A stretch of DNA of 64,000 bases from Eledone cirrhosa. Its lineage: Eukaryota. The position numbers and the translations under genes were made by a program. The notes under the pieces were generated by a model. That model ran no database searches. It was not told the DNA's origin and worked only from the letters and a program-made list of their open reading frames with translations. The number at the start of each line of letters is the position of its first letter. Position 1 is the first letter of the stretch. This document shows, piece by piece, positions 49,771 through 63,200 of this stretch. The stretch spans positions 8,308,001 to 8,372,000 of the forward strand of contig OZ024742.1 of NCBI GenBank assembly GCA_964016885.1, read 5' to 3'.

Positions 49771-50982
49771 GTATCCCAGTACAACCTGTCCCATGGTCGG
49801 GTCGTTGGCGACTAAACTGGCAACCCAACCAACGTTTCTTGGTAAGGAGGGTGACTTTCGACATCCTGCAGGACAAAGAACAAAACCTGTCAAAGGGAAA
49901 AGGAGCTCTTAAGAGTCAATGGCCATCCAAAATCACCGGGAGAGATGACCCCTTAGCCTTTGTCAAGGTAGAATTATAGGAGAAGGAAATCTCTGATATA
50001 ACACCTGCAACACTGATGGTATCCAATGATGTTGACTTGTTCTTCTTGTTGGTAAATATCATCTTGGTTAAGAGAGTGGGATTGGCTTTGTGCAGTGCCT
50101 TTGCTCACTATAAAAGCTTCACGGCACAGGCATTGCTTTGAATCTGGAGATCTCTCTGCACTTGTCGTCACGTGGTACCATGGGCCCAGCACTATGTGTC
50201 AATAATTGTCGCAAGTCTACTCTTTGTACCAGAGTTTTCAAGTCGCTGGCTGGACTAAAATGTCACACTTGTTCAGTGCATCGGTAGGGGTTCTCCTACA
50301 TGGATATAAAGTAGTGGCCGTACTCGAAGACGAGTTAGCAGCCACCATATATACATACATACATACATATATATATATATAAATATACATACATACATAC
50401 ATACATGGTGGCTGCCAACTCGTTTTCGAGTACGGCCACTACTTTATATCCATGTAGGAGAACCCCTACCGATGCGCTGAACGAGTGTGACTTTTTATTC
50501 CAGCCAGCGACTTGAAAACTCTGGTACAAACACTACACTTGTGACAATTATTGACACATAGTGCTGGGCCCATGGTACCCTGTGACGACAAGTGCAGAGA
50601 GATCTACAGATATAAAGCAATGCCTGTGCCGTGAAGCTTTTATAGTGAGCAAAGGCACTGCACAAAGCCAGTCCCACTCTCTTAACCAAGATGATATTTA
50701 CCAAAAAGAAGGACAAGTCAACATCATTGGATACCATCAGGGTTGCAGGTGTTATATCAGAGTTTTCCTTCTCCTAGAATTCTGCCTTGACAAAGGCTAA
50801 GGGGTCATCTCTCCCGGTGATTTTGGATGGCCATTGACTCTTAAGAGCTCATTTGCCCTTTGAGAGGTTTTGTTTTTAGTCCTGCAGGATGTCCAAAGTC
50901 ACCCTCCTCACCAAGAAACCTTGGTGGGGTGGCCACTTTAGTCGCCAACGACCCGACCATGAGACAGGTTGTACTAGGATAC
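49771..50982. repeat. Inverted pair of ~580-bp interspersed-repeat copies (49771-50348 / 50405-50982) around a TACA/TA microsatellite
   Basis: The arms are reverse complements with scattered substitutions. The outer flanks are the symmetric (TATG)n and (CATA)n. Confidence 0.88.
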
Positions 50983-51039
50983 ATGTTACCAGTAGCACCA
51001 ACATACATACATACATACATACATACATACATACATACA

Positions 51040-51075
<36 letters not shown>

Positions 51076-51292
51076 TGTATATTTATATATATACACATAC
51101 TTCAATTCATATCTATCATATATTCTATTATGTCTGATTAGCAATTTTAAAAAAAAAGATAAGCCTTCCTTCCAATAGAGATAGACGCTATAGAGACTTT
51201 AGTGTGACGTGTACAGCAGCCATTTCCGGTGTACAGCTGCCATATTTACTTACTAATAACTAGTGTCAGACAGAGAGAAATCTGTTGTTGGT

Positions 51293-54200
51293 GGTGTATG
51301 GTGTAGTGTGGTGTAGTAGTATGGTGTAGTGTGGTGTAGTAGTGTGGTGTAGTGTGGTGTAGTATGGTGTAGTGTGGTGTAGTAGTGTGGTGTAGTGTGG
51401 TGTAGTGTGGTGTAGTAGTGTGGTGTAGTATAGTGTAGTGTGGTGTCGTACGGTGTAATGTGGTGTAGTAGTGTGGTGTAGTATGGTGTAGTGTGTTGTA
51501 GTAGTGTGGTGTAGTATAGTGTAGTGTGGTGTCGTACGGTGTAGTAGTGTGGTGTAGTATGATGTAGTGTGGTGTAGTACGGTGTAGTGTGGTGTAGTAT
51601 GGTGTAGTAGTGTGGTGTAGTGTGTTGTAGTAGTATGGTGTAGTATGGTGTAGTGTGGTGTAGTACGGTGTAGTGTGGTGCAGTAGTGTGGTGTAGTGTG
51701 GTGTAGTAGTGCGGTGTAGTATGGTGTAGTGTGGTGTAGTAGTATGGTGTAGTATGGTGTAGTGTGGTGTAGTACGGTGTAGTGTGGTGTAGTATAGTGT
51801 AGTGTGGTGTAGTAGTGTGGTGTAGTATGGTGTAGTGTGGTGTAGTGTGGTGTAGTAGTATGGTGTAGTATGGTGTAGAGTGGTGTAGTAGTGTGGTGTA
51901 GTATGGTGTAGTGTGGTGTAGTACGGTGTAGTGTGGTGTAGTAGTGTGGTGTAGTGTGGTGTAGTGTGGTGTAGTAGTGTGGTGTAGTATGGTGTAGTGA
52001 GGTGTAGTAGTGTGGTGTAGTATGGTGTAGTGTGGTGTAGTACTGTGGGGTAGTATGGTGTAGTGTGGTGTAGTAGTATGGTGTAGTGTGGTGTAGTAGT
52101 ATGGTGTAGTGTGGTGTAGTAGTGTGGTGTAGTATGGTGTAGTGTGGTGTAGTAGTGTGGTGTAGTATGGTGTAGTGTGGTGTAGTACTGTGGTGTAGTA
52201 TGGTGTAGTAGTGTGGTGTAGTGTGGTGTAGTGTGGTGTAGTAGTGTGGTGTAGTATGGTGTAGTGTGGTGTCGTAGTGTGGTGTAGTATGGTGTAGTGT
52301 GGTGTAGTACTGTGGTGTAGTATGGTGTAGTAGTGTGGTGTTGTGTGGTGTAGTGTGGTGTAGTAGTGTGGTGTAGTATGGTGTATGTGGTGTAGTAGTG
52401 TGGTAGAGTATGGTGTAGTGTGGTGTAGTACGGTGTAGTGTGGTGTAGTAGTGTGGTGTAGTATGGTGTAGTAGTGTGGTGTAGTATGGTGTAGTGTGGT
52501 GTAGTATGGTGTAGTGTGGTGTAGTATGGTGTAGTAGTGTGGTGTAGTATGGTGTAGTGTGGTGTAGTATGGTGTAGTGTGGTGTAGTAGTGTGGTGTAG
52601 TGTGGTGTAGTAGTGTGGTGTAGTACGGTGTAGTGTGGTGTAGTATGGTGTAGTAGTGTGGTATAGTATGGTGTAGTGTGGTGTAGTATGGTGTAGTAGT
52701 GTGGTATAGTATGGTGTAGTGTGGTGTAGTATGGTGTAGTAGTGGTAGTGTAGTATGGTGTAATGTGGTGTAATAGTATGGTGTAGTGTGGTGTAGTAGT
52801 GTGGTGTAGTGTGGTGTAGTAGTGTGGTGTAGTATAGTGTAGTGTGGTGTCGTACGGTGTAGTGTGGTGTAGTAGTGTGGTGTAGTATGATGTAGTGTGG
52901 TGTAGTACGGTGTAGTGTGGTGTAGTATGGTGTAGTAGTGTGGTGTAGTGTGTTGTAGTAGTATGGTGTAGTATGGTGTAGTGTGGTGTAGTACGGTGTA
53001 GTGTGGTGTAGTAGTGTGGTGTAGTGTGGTGTAGTAGTGCGGTGTAGTATGGTGTAGTGTGGTGTAGTAGTGTGGTGTAGTATGGTGTAGTGTGGTGTAG
53101 TACGGTGTAGTGTGGTGTAGTATAGTGTAGTGTGGTGTAGTAGTGTGGTGTAGTATGGTGTAGTGTGGTGTAGTGTGGTGTAGTAGTGTGGTGTAGTATG
53201 GTGTAGAGTGGTGTAGTAGTGTGGTGTAGTATGGTGTAGTGTGGTGTAGTACGGTGTAGTGTGGTGTAGTAGTGTGGTGTAGTGTGGTGTAGTGTGGTGT
53301 AGTAGTGTGGTGTAGTGTGGTGTAGTAGTGTGGTGTAGTATGGTGTAGTGTGGTGTAGTACTGTGGGGTAGTATGGTGTAGTGTGGTGTAGTAGTATGGT
53401 GTAGTGTGGTGTAGTAGTATGGTGTAGTGTGGTGTAGTAGTGTGGTGTAGTATGGTGTAGTGTGGTGTAGTAGTGTGGTGTAGGATGGTGTAGTGTGGTG
53501 TAGTACTGTGGTGTAGTATGGTGTAGTAGTGTGGTGTAGTGTGGTGTAGTGTGGTGTAGTAGTGTGGTGTAGTATGGTGTAGTGTGGTGTCGTAGTGTGG
53601 TGTAGTATGGTGTAGTGTGGTGTAGTACTGTGGTGTAGTATGGTGTAGTAGTGTGGTGTTGTGTGGTGTAGTGTGGTGTAGTAGTGTGGTGTAGTATGGT
53701 GTATGTGGTGTAGTAGTGTGGTAGAGTATGGTGTAGTGTGGTGTAGTACGGTGTAGTGTGGTGTAGTAGTGTGGTGTAGTATGGTGTAGTAGTGTGGTGT
53801 AGTATGGTGTAGTGTGGTGTAGTATGGTGTAGTGTGGTGTAGTATGGTGTAGTAGTGTGGTGTAGTATGGTGTAGTGTGGTGTAGTATGGTGTAGTGTGG
53901 TGTAGTAGTGTGGTGTAGTGTGGTGTAGTAGTGTGGTGTAGTACGGTGTAGTGTGGTGTAGTATGGTGTAGTAGTGTGGTATAGTATGGTGTAGTGTGGT
54001 GTAGTATGGTGTAGTAGTGTGGTATAGTATGGTGTAGTGTGGTGTAGTATGGTGTAGTAGTGGTAGTGTAGTATGGTGTAATGTGGTGTAATAGTATGGT
54101 GTAGTGTGGTGTAGTAGTGTGGTGTAGTGTGGTGTAGTAGTGTGGTGTAGTATGGTGTATGTGGTGTAGTAGTGTGGTAGAGTATGGTGTAGTGTGGTGT

Positions 54201-57200
54201 AGTACGGTGTAGTGTGGTGTAGTAGTGTGGTGTAGTATGGTGTAGTAGTGTGGTGTAGTATGGTGTAGTGTGGTGTAGTATGGTGTACTAGTGTGGTGTA
54301 GTATGGTGTAGTAGTGTGGTGTAGTATGGTGTAGTGTGGTGTAGTATGGTGTAGTGTGGTGTAGTAGTGTGGTGTAGTATGGTGTAGTGTGGTGTAGTAT
54401 GGTGTAGTGTAGTGTAGTAGTGTGGTGTAGTGTGGTGTAGTAGTGTGGTGTAGTATGGTGTAGTGTGGTGTAGTAGTGTAGTGTGGTGTAGTAGTGTAGT
54501 GTGGTGTAGTAGTGTGGTGTAGAATGGTGTAGTGTGGTGTAGTATGGTGTAGTGTGGTGTAGTGTGGTGTAGTAGTGTGGTGTAGTATGGTGTAGTGTGG
54601 TGTAGTATGGTGTAGTGTGGTGTAGTATGGTGTAGTGTGGTGTAGTAGTGTGGTGTAGTGTGGTGTAGTATGGTGTAGTGTGGTGTAGTAGTGTGGTGTA
54701 GAATGGTGTAGTGTGGTGTAGTATGGTGTAGTGTGGTGTAGTGTGGTGTAGTAGTGTGGAGTAGTATGGTGTAGTGTGGTGTAGTATGGTGTAGTGTGGT
54801 GTAGTAGTGTGGTGTAGTGTGGTGTAGTATGGTGTAGTGTGGTGTAGTAGTGTGGTGTAGAATGGTGTAGTGTGGTGTAGTATGGTGTAGTGTGGTGTAG
54901 TAGTGTGGTGGAGTAGTGTGGTGTAGTAGTGTGGTGTAGTAGTGTGGTGTAGTATGGTGTTGTGTGGTGTCGTAGTGTGGTGTAGAATGGTGTAGTGTGG
55001 TGTAGTATGGTGTAGTGTGGTGTAGTAGGGTGGTGTAGTATGGTGTAGTGTGGTGTAGTAGTGTGGTGTGGTATGGTGTAGTGTGGTGTAGTAGTGTGGT
55101 GTGGTATGGTGTAGTGTGGTGTAGTAGTGTGGTGTAGTATGGTGTAGTGTGGTGTAGTAGTGTGGTGTGGTATGGTGTAGTGTGGTGTAGTAGTGTGGTG
55201 TAGTATGGTGTAGAGTGGTGTAGTAGTGTGGTGTAGTATGGTGTAGTGTGGTGTAGTAGTGCGGTGTAGTATGGTGTAGTGTGGTGTAGTAAGGTGTAGT
55301 GTGGTGTAGTAGTGTGGTGTAGTATGGTGTAGTGTGGTGTAGTAGTGTGGTGTAGTATGCTGTAGTGTGGTGTAGTAGTGTGGTGTAGTATGGTGGAGTG
55401 TGGTGTAGTATGGTGTAGTGTGGTGTAGTAGTGCGGTGTAGTATGGTGTAGTGTGGTGTAGTATGGTGTAGTGTGGTGTAGTAGTGCGGTGTAGTATGGT
55501 GTAGTGTGGTGTAGTAGTGCGGTGTAGTATGGTGTAGTGTGGTGTAGTATGGTGTAGTGTGGTGTAGTAGTGTGGTGTAGTATGGTGTAGTGTGGTGTAG
55601 TAGTGTGGTGTAGTATGGTGTAGTGTGGTGTAGTAGTGCGGTGTAGTATGGTGTAGTGTGGTGTAGTATGGTGTAGTGCGCTGTAGTATGGTGTAGCGTG
55701 GTGTAGTATGGTGTAGTGTGGTGTAGTAGTATGGTGTAGTGTGGTGTAGTATGGTGTAGTGTGGTGTAGTAGTGTGGTGTAGTATGGTGTAGTGTGGTGT
55801 AGTAGTGTGGTGTAGTATGGTGTAGTGTGGTGTAGTAGTGTGGTGTAGTATGGTGTAGTAGTGCGGTGTAGTATGGTGTAGTGTGGTGTAGTATGGTGTA
55901 GTGTGGTGTAGTATAGTGTAGTGTGGTGTAGTAGTGTGGTGTAGTATGGTGTAGTGTGGTGTAGTATGGTGTAGTGTGGTCTAGTGTAGTGTGGTGTAGT
56001 ATGTTGTAGTGTGGTGTAGTGTGGTGTAGTAGTGTGGTGTGGTATGGTGTAGTGTGGTGTAGTAGTGTGGTGTAGTATGGTGTAGTAGTGTGGTGTAGTG
56101 GTGTAGTATGGTGTAGTAGTGTGGTGTAGTAGTGTGGTGTAGTATGGTGTAGTAGTGTGGTGTAGTAGTGGTGTAGTATGGTGTAATGTGGTGTAGTATG
56201 GTGTAGTGTGGTGTAGTGTGGTGTAGTAGTGTGGTGTAGTATGGTGTAGTGTGGTGTAGTGTGGTGTAGTAGTGTGGTGTAGTATGGTGTAGTGTGGTGT
56301 AGTATGGTGTAGTGTGGTGTAGTATGGTGTAGTGTGGTGTAGTAGTGTGGTGTAGTATGGTGTAGTAGTGCGGTGTAGTATGGTGTAGTGTGGTGTAGTA
56401 GTGTGGTACGGTATGGTGTAGTGTGGTTTAGTAGTGTGGTGTAGTATGGTGCAGTGTGGTGTAGTATGGTGTAGTGAGGTGTAGTAGTGTGGTATAGTAT
56501 GGTGTAGTGTGGTGTAGTAGTGTGGTGTAGTATGGTGTAGTGTGGTGTAGTAGTGTGGTGTAGTATGGTGTAGTGTGGTGTAGAATGGTGTAGTGTGGTG
56601 TAATATGGTGTAGTGTGGTGTAGTAGTGTGGTGTAGTATGGTGTAGTGTGGTGTAGTAGTGTGGTGTAGTAGTGGTGTGTAGTATGGTGTAGTACGGTGT
56701 AGTGTGGTGTAATAGTGTGGTGTAGTATAGTGTAGTAGTGTGGTGTAGTGTGGTGTAGTAGGGTGGTGTAGTAGTGTGGTGTAGTAGTGTGGTGTAGTGT
56801 GGTGTAGTAGTGTGGTGTAGTGTGGTGTAGTAGTGTGGTGTAGTAGTGTGGTGTAGTAGTGTGGTGTAGTGTGGTGTAGTAGTGTGGTGTAGTGTGGTGT
56901 AGTAGTGTGGTGTAGTAGTGTGGTGTAGTGTGGTGTAGTAGTGTGGTGTTGTATGGTGTAGTGTGGTGTAGTAGTATGGTGTAGTGTGGTGTAGTAGTGT
57001 GGTGTAGTAGTGTGGTGTTGTATGGTGTAGTGTGGTGTAGTAGTGTGGTGTAGTAGTGTGGTGTAGTGTGGTGTCGTAGTGTGGTGTAGTAGTGTGGTGT
57101 TGTATGGTGTAGTGTGGTGTAGTAGTGTGGTGTAGTAGTGTGGTGTAGTGTGGTGTAGTAGTGTGGTGTAGTAGTGTGGTGTAGTGGTGTGGTGTAGTAG

Positions 57201-60200
57201 TGTGGTGTAGTGTGGTGTAGTAGTGTGGTGTAGTAGTGTGGTGTAGTGTGGTGTAGTAGTGTGGTGTAGTAGTGTGGTGTAGTAGTGTGGTGTAGTGTGG
57301 TGTAGTAGTGTGGTGTAGTGTGGTGTAGTAGTGTGGTGTAGTAGTGTGGTGTAGTATTGTGGTGTAGTGTGGTGTAGTAGTGTGGTGTAGTAGTGTGGTG
57401 TAGTAGTGTGGTGTAGTGTGGTGTAGTAGTGTGGTGTAGTAGTGTGGTGTAGTGTGGTGTAGTAGTGTGGTGTAGTGTGGTGTAGTAGTGTGGTGTAGTA
57501 GTGTGGTGTAGTGTTGTGTAGTAGTGTGGTGTAGTGTGGTGTAGTAGTGTGGTGTAGTAGTGTGGTGTAGTAGTGTGGTGTAGTGTGGTGTAGTAGTGTG
57601 GTGTAGTGTGGTGTAGTAGTGTGGTGTAGTAGTGTGGTGTAGTAGTGTGGTGTAGTGTGGTGTAGTAGTGTGGTGTAGTAGTGTGGTGTTGTATGGTGTA
57701 GTGTGGTGTAGTAGTGTGGTGCAGTAGTGTGGTGTAGTGTGGTGTAGTAGTGTGGTGTAGTAGTGTGGTGTAGTGTGGTGTAGTATGGTGTAGTAGTGTG
57801 GTGTAGTAGTGTGGTGCAGTAGTGTGGTGTAGTGTGGTGTAGTAGTGTGGTGTACTGTGGTGTAGTATGGTGTAGTAGTGTGGTGTAGTATGGTGTAGTG
57901 TGGTGTAGTGTGGTGTAGTAGTGTGGTGTAGTAGTGTGGTGTAGTATGGTGTAGTGTGGTGTAGTGTGGTGTAGTAGTGTGGTGTAGTAGTGTGGTGTAG
58001 TAGTGTGGTGTAGTGTGGTGTAGTAGTGTGGTGTAGTATGGTGTAGTGTGGTGTAGTACGGTGTAGTGTGGTGTAGTAGTGTGGTGTAGTGTGGTGTAGT
58101 AGTGTGGTGTATTATGGCGTAGTGTGGTGTAGTAGTGTGGTGTGGTGTAGTAGTGGTGTGTAGTATGGTGTAGTGTGGTGTAGTAGTGTGGTGTAGTATG
58201 GTGTAGTGTGGTGTAGTAGTGTGGTGTAGCATGGTGTAGTGTGGTGTATTATGGTGTAGTGTGGTGTAGTAGTGGTGTGTAGTATGGTGTAGTGTGGTGT
58301 AGTAGTGTGGTGTAGTATGGTGTAGTGTGGTGTAGTAGTGTGGTGTGGTGTAGTAGTGGTGTGTAGTATGGTGTAGTGTGGTGTAGTAGTGTGGTGTAGT
58401 ATGGTGTAGTATGGTGTAGTAGTGTGGTGTAGCATGGTGTAGTGTGGTGTAGTATGGTGTAGTGTGGTGTAGTAGTGGTGTGTAGTATGGTGTAGTGTGG
58501 TGTAGTAGTGTGGTGTAGTATGGTGTAGTGTGGTGTAGTATGGTGTAGTGTGGTGTAGTATGGTGTAGTGTGGTGTAGTAGTGTGGTGTAGTATGGTGTA
58601 GTGTGGTGTAGTATGGTGTAGTGTGGTGTAGTAGTGTGGTGTAGTATGGTGTAGTAGTGTGGTGTAGTATGGTGTAGTGTGGTGTAGTATGGTGGAGTGT
58701 GGTGTAATATGGTGTAGTGTGGTGTAGTAGTGTGGTGTAGTATGGTGTAGTGTGGTGTAGTATGGTGTAGTGTGGTGTAGTATGGTGTAGTGCGGTGTAG
58801 TAGTGTGGTGTAGTAGTGTGGTGTAGTATGGTGTAGTGTGGTGTAGTATGGTGTAGTGTGGTGTAGTAGTGTGGTGTAGCATGGTGTAGTGTGGTGTAGT
58901 ATGGTGTAGTGTGGTGTAGTAGTGTGGTGTAGAATGGTGTAGTGTGGTGTAGTATGGTGTAGTGTGGTGTAGTAGTGTGGTGTAGTATGGTGTAGTGTGG
59001 TGTAGTAGTGTGGTGTAGTATGGTGTAGTGTGGTGTAGTAGTGTGGTGTAGTATGGTGTAGTGTGGTGTAGTAGTGTGGTGTAGTATGGTGTAGTGTGGT
59101 GTAGTAGTGTGGTGTAGTATGGTGTAGTGTGGTGTAGTAGTGTGGTGTAGTATGGTGGAGTGTGGTGTAGTATGGTGTAGTGTGGTGTAGTAGTGCGGTG
59201 TAGTATGGTGTAGTGTGGTGTAGTATGGTGTAGTGTGGTGTAGTAGTGCGGTGTAGTATGGTGTAGTGTGGTGTAGTATGGTGTAGTGTGGTGTAGTAGT
59301 GCGGTGTAGTATGGTGTAGTGTGGTGTAGTATGGTGTAGTGTGGTGTAGTAGTGCGGTGTAGTATGGTGTAGTGTGGTGTAGTATGGTGTAGTGTGGTGT
59401 AGTAGTGTGGTGTAGTATAGTGTAGTGTGGTGTCGTACGGTGTAATGTGGTGTAGTAGTGTGGTGTAGTATGGTGTAGTGTGTTGTAGTAGTGTGGTGTA
59501 GTATAGTGTAGTGTGGTGTCGTACGGTGTAGTGTGGTGTAGTAGTGTGGTGTAGTATGATGTAGTGTGGTGTAGTACGGTGTAGTGTGGTGTAGTATGGT
59601 GTAGTAGTGTGGTGTAGTGTGTTGTAGTAGTATGGTGTAGTATGGTGTAGTGTGGTGTAGTACGGTGTAGTGTGGTGTAGTAGTGTGGTGTAGTGTGGTG
59701 TAGTAGTGCGGTGTAGTATGGTGTAGTGTGGTGTAGTAGTGTGGTGTAGTATGGTGTAGTGTGGTGTAGTACGGTGTAGTGTGGTGTAGTATAGTGTAGT
59801 GTGGTGTAGTAGTGTGGTGTAGTATGGTGTAGTGTGGTGTAGTGTGGTGTAGTAGTGTGGTGTAGTATGGTGTAGAGTGGTGTAGTAGTGTGGTGTAGTA
59901 TGGTGTAGTGTGGTGTAGTACGGTGTAGTGTGGTGTAGTAGTGTGGTGTAGTGTGGTGTAGTGTGGTGTAGTAGTGTGGTGTAGTGTGGTGTAGTAGTGT
60001 GGTGTAGTATGGTGTAGTGTGGTGTAGTACTGTGGGGTAGTATGGTGTAGTGTGGTGTAGTAGTATGGTGTAGTGTGGTGTAGTAGTATGGTGTAGTGTG
60101 GTGTAGTAGTGTGGTGTAGTATGGTGTAGTGTGGTGTAGTAGTGTGGTGTAGGATGGTGTAGTGTGGTGTAGTACTGTGGTGTAGTATGGTGTAGTAGTG

Positions 60201-63200
60201 TGGTGTAGTGTGGTGTAGTGTGGTGTAGTAGTGTGGTGTAGTATGGTGTAGTGTGGTGTCGTAGTGTGGTGTAGTATGGTGTAGTGTGGTGTAGTACTGT
60301 GGTGTAGTATGGTGTAGTAGTGTGGTGTTGTGTGGTGTAGTGTGGTGTAGTAGTGTGGTGTAGTATGGTGTATGTGGTGTAGTAGTGTGGTAGAGTATGG
60401 TGTAGTGTGGTGTAGTACGGTGTAGTGTGGTGTAGTAGTGTGGTGTAGTATGGTGTAGTAGTGTGGTGTAGTATGGTGTAGTGTGGTGTAGTATGGTGTA
60501 GTGTGGTGTAGTATGGTGTAGTAGTGTGGTGTAGTATGGTGTAGTGTGGTGTAGTATGGTGTAGTGTGGTGTAGTAGTGTGGTGTAGTGTGGTGTAGTAG
60601 TGTGGTGTAGTACGGTGTAGTGTGGTGTAGTATGGTGTAGTAGTGTGGTATAGTATGGTGTAGTGTGGTGTAGTATGGTGTAGTAGTGTGGTATAGTATG
60701 GTGTAGTGTGGTGTAGTATGGTGTAGTAGTGGTAGTGTAGTATGGTGTAATGTGGTGTAATAGTATGGTGTAGTGTGGTGTAGTAGTGTGGTGTAGTGTG
60801 GTGTAGTAGTGTGGTAGAGTATGGTGTAGTGTGGTGTAGTACGGTGTAGTGTGGTGTAGTAGTGTGGTGTAGTATGGTGTAGTAGTGTGGTGTAGTATGG
60901 TGTAGTGTGGTGTAGTATGGTGTACTAGTGTGGTGTAGTATGGTGTAGTAGTGTGGTGTAGTATGGTGTAGTGTGGTGTAGTATGGTGTAGTGTGGTGTA
61001 GTAGTGTGGTGTAGTATGGTGTAGTGTGGTGTAGTATGGTGTAGTGTAGTGTAGTAGTGTGGTGTAGTGTGGTGTAGTAGTGTGGTGTAGTATGGTGTAG
61101 TGTGGTGTAGTAGTGTAGTGTGGTGTAGTAGTGTAGTGTGGTGTAGTAGTGTGGTGTAGAATGGTGTAGTGTGGTGTAGTATGGTGTAGTGTGGTGTAGT
61201 GTGGTGTAGTAGTGTGGTGTAGTATGGTGTAGTGTGGTGTAGTATGGTGTAGTGTGGTGTAGTATGGTGTAGTGTGGTGTAGTAGTGTGGTGTAGTGTGG
61301 TGTAGTATGGTGTAGTGTGGTGTAGTAGTGTGGTGTAGAATGGTGTAGTGTGGTGTAGTATGGTGTAGTGTGGTGTAGTGTGGTGTAGTAGTGTGGAGTA
61401 GTATGGTGTAGTGTGGTGTAGTATGGTGTAGTGTGGTGTAGTAGTGTGGTGTAGTGTGGTGTAGTATGGTGTATTGTGGTGTAGTAGTGTGGTGTAGAAT
61501 GGTGTAGTGTGGTGTAGTATGGTGTAGTGTGGTGTAGTAGTGTGGTGGAGTAGTGTGGTGTAGTAGTGTGGTGTAGTAGTGTGGTGTAGTATGGTGTTGT
61601 GTGGTGTAGTAGTGTGGTGTAGAATGGTGTAGTGTGGTGTAGTATGGTGTAGTGTGGTGTAGTAGGGTGGTGTAGTATGGTGTAGTGTGGTGTAGTAGTG
61701 TGGTGTGGTATGGTGTAGTGTGGTGTAGTAGTGTGGTGTGGTATGGTGTAGTGTGGTGTAGTAGTGTGGTGTAGTATGGTGTAGTGTGGTGTAGTAGTGT
61801 GGTGTGGTATGGTGTAGTGTGGTGTAGTAGTGTGGTGTAGTATGGTGTAGAGTGGTGTAGTAGTGTGGTGTAGTATGGTGTAGTGTGGTGTAGTAGTGCG
61901 GTGTAGTATGGTGTAGTGTGGTGTAGTAAGGTGTAGTGTGGTGTAGTAGTGTGGTGTAGTATGGTGTAGTGTGGTGTAGTAGTGTGGTGTAGTATGCTGT
62001 AGTGTGGTGTAGTAGTGTGGTGTAGTATGGTGGAGTGTGGTGTAGTATGGTGTAGTGTGGTGTAGTAGTGCGGTGTAGTATGGTGTAGTGTGGTGTAGTA
62101 TGGTGTAGTGTGGTGTAGTAGTGCGGTGTAGTATGGTGTAGTGTGGTGTAGTAGTGCGGTGTAGTATGGTGTAGTGTGGTGTAGTATGGTGTAGTGTGGT
62201 GTAGTAGTGTGGTGTAGTATGGTGTAGTGTGGTGTAGTAGTGTGGTGTAGTATGGTGTAGTGTGGTGTAGTAGTGTGGTGTAGTATGGTGTAGTGTGGTG
62301 TAGTAGTGCGGTGTAGTATGGTGTAGTGTGGTGTAGTATGGTGTAGTGCGCTGTAGTATGGTGTAGCGTGGTGTAGTATGGTGTAGTGTGGTGTAGTAGT
62401 ATGGTGTAGTGTGGTGTAGTATGGTGTAGTGTGGTGTAGTAGTGTGGTGTAGTATGGTGTAGTGTGGTGTAGTAGTGTGGTGTAGTATGGTGTAGTGTGG
62501 TGTAGTAGTGTGGTGTAGTATGGTGTAGTAGTGCGGTGTAGTATGGTGTAGTGTGGTGTAGTATGGTGTAGTGTGGTGTAGTATAGTGTAGTGTGGTGTA
62601 GTAGTGTGGTGTAGTATGGTGTAGTGTGGTGTAGTATGGTGTAGTGTGGTCTAGTGTAGTGTGGTGTAGTATGTTGTAGTGTGGTGTAGTGTGGTGTAGT
62701 AGTGTGGTGTGGTATGGTGTAGTGTGGTGTAGTAGTGTGGTGTAGTATGGTGTAGTAGTGTGGTGTAGTGGTGTAGTATGGTGTAGTAGTGTGGTGTAGT
62801 AGTGTGGTGTAGTATGGTGTAGTAGTGTGGTGTAGTAGTGTGGTGTAGTATGGTGTAGTGTGGTGTAGTAGTGTGGTGTAGTATGGTGTAGTGTGGTGTA
62901 GTGTGGTGTAGTGTGGTGTAGTAGTGTGGTGTGGTATGGTGTAGTGTGGTTTAGTAGTGTGGTGTAGTATGTTGTAGTGTGGTGTAGTACGGTGTAGTGT
63001 GGTGTAGTAGTGTGGTGTGGTATGGTGTAGTGTGGTGTAGTAGTGTGGTGTAGTATGGTGTAGTAGTGTGGTGTAGTAGTGTGGTGTAGTATGGTGTAGT
63101 AGTGTGGTGTAGTAGTGTGGTGTAGTATGGTGTAGTGTGGTGTAGTACGGTGTAGTGTGGTGTAGTAGTGTGGAGTAGTATGGTGTAGTAGTGTGGTGTA

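Noticed and set aside
54288-58882. 1314-aa and 256-aa His/Thr/Tyr/Pro-rich ORFs on the minus strand
   Set aside because: These are translations of the satellite. The minus strand is almost only C/A/T, so stop codons are rare by composition.
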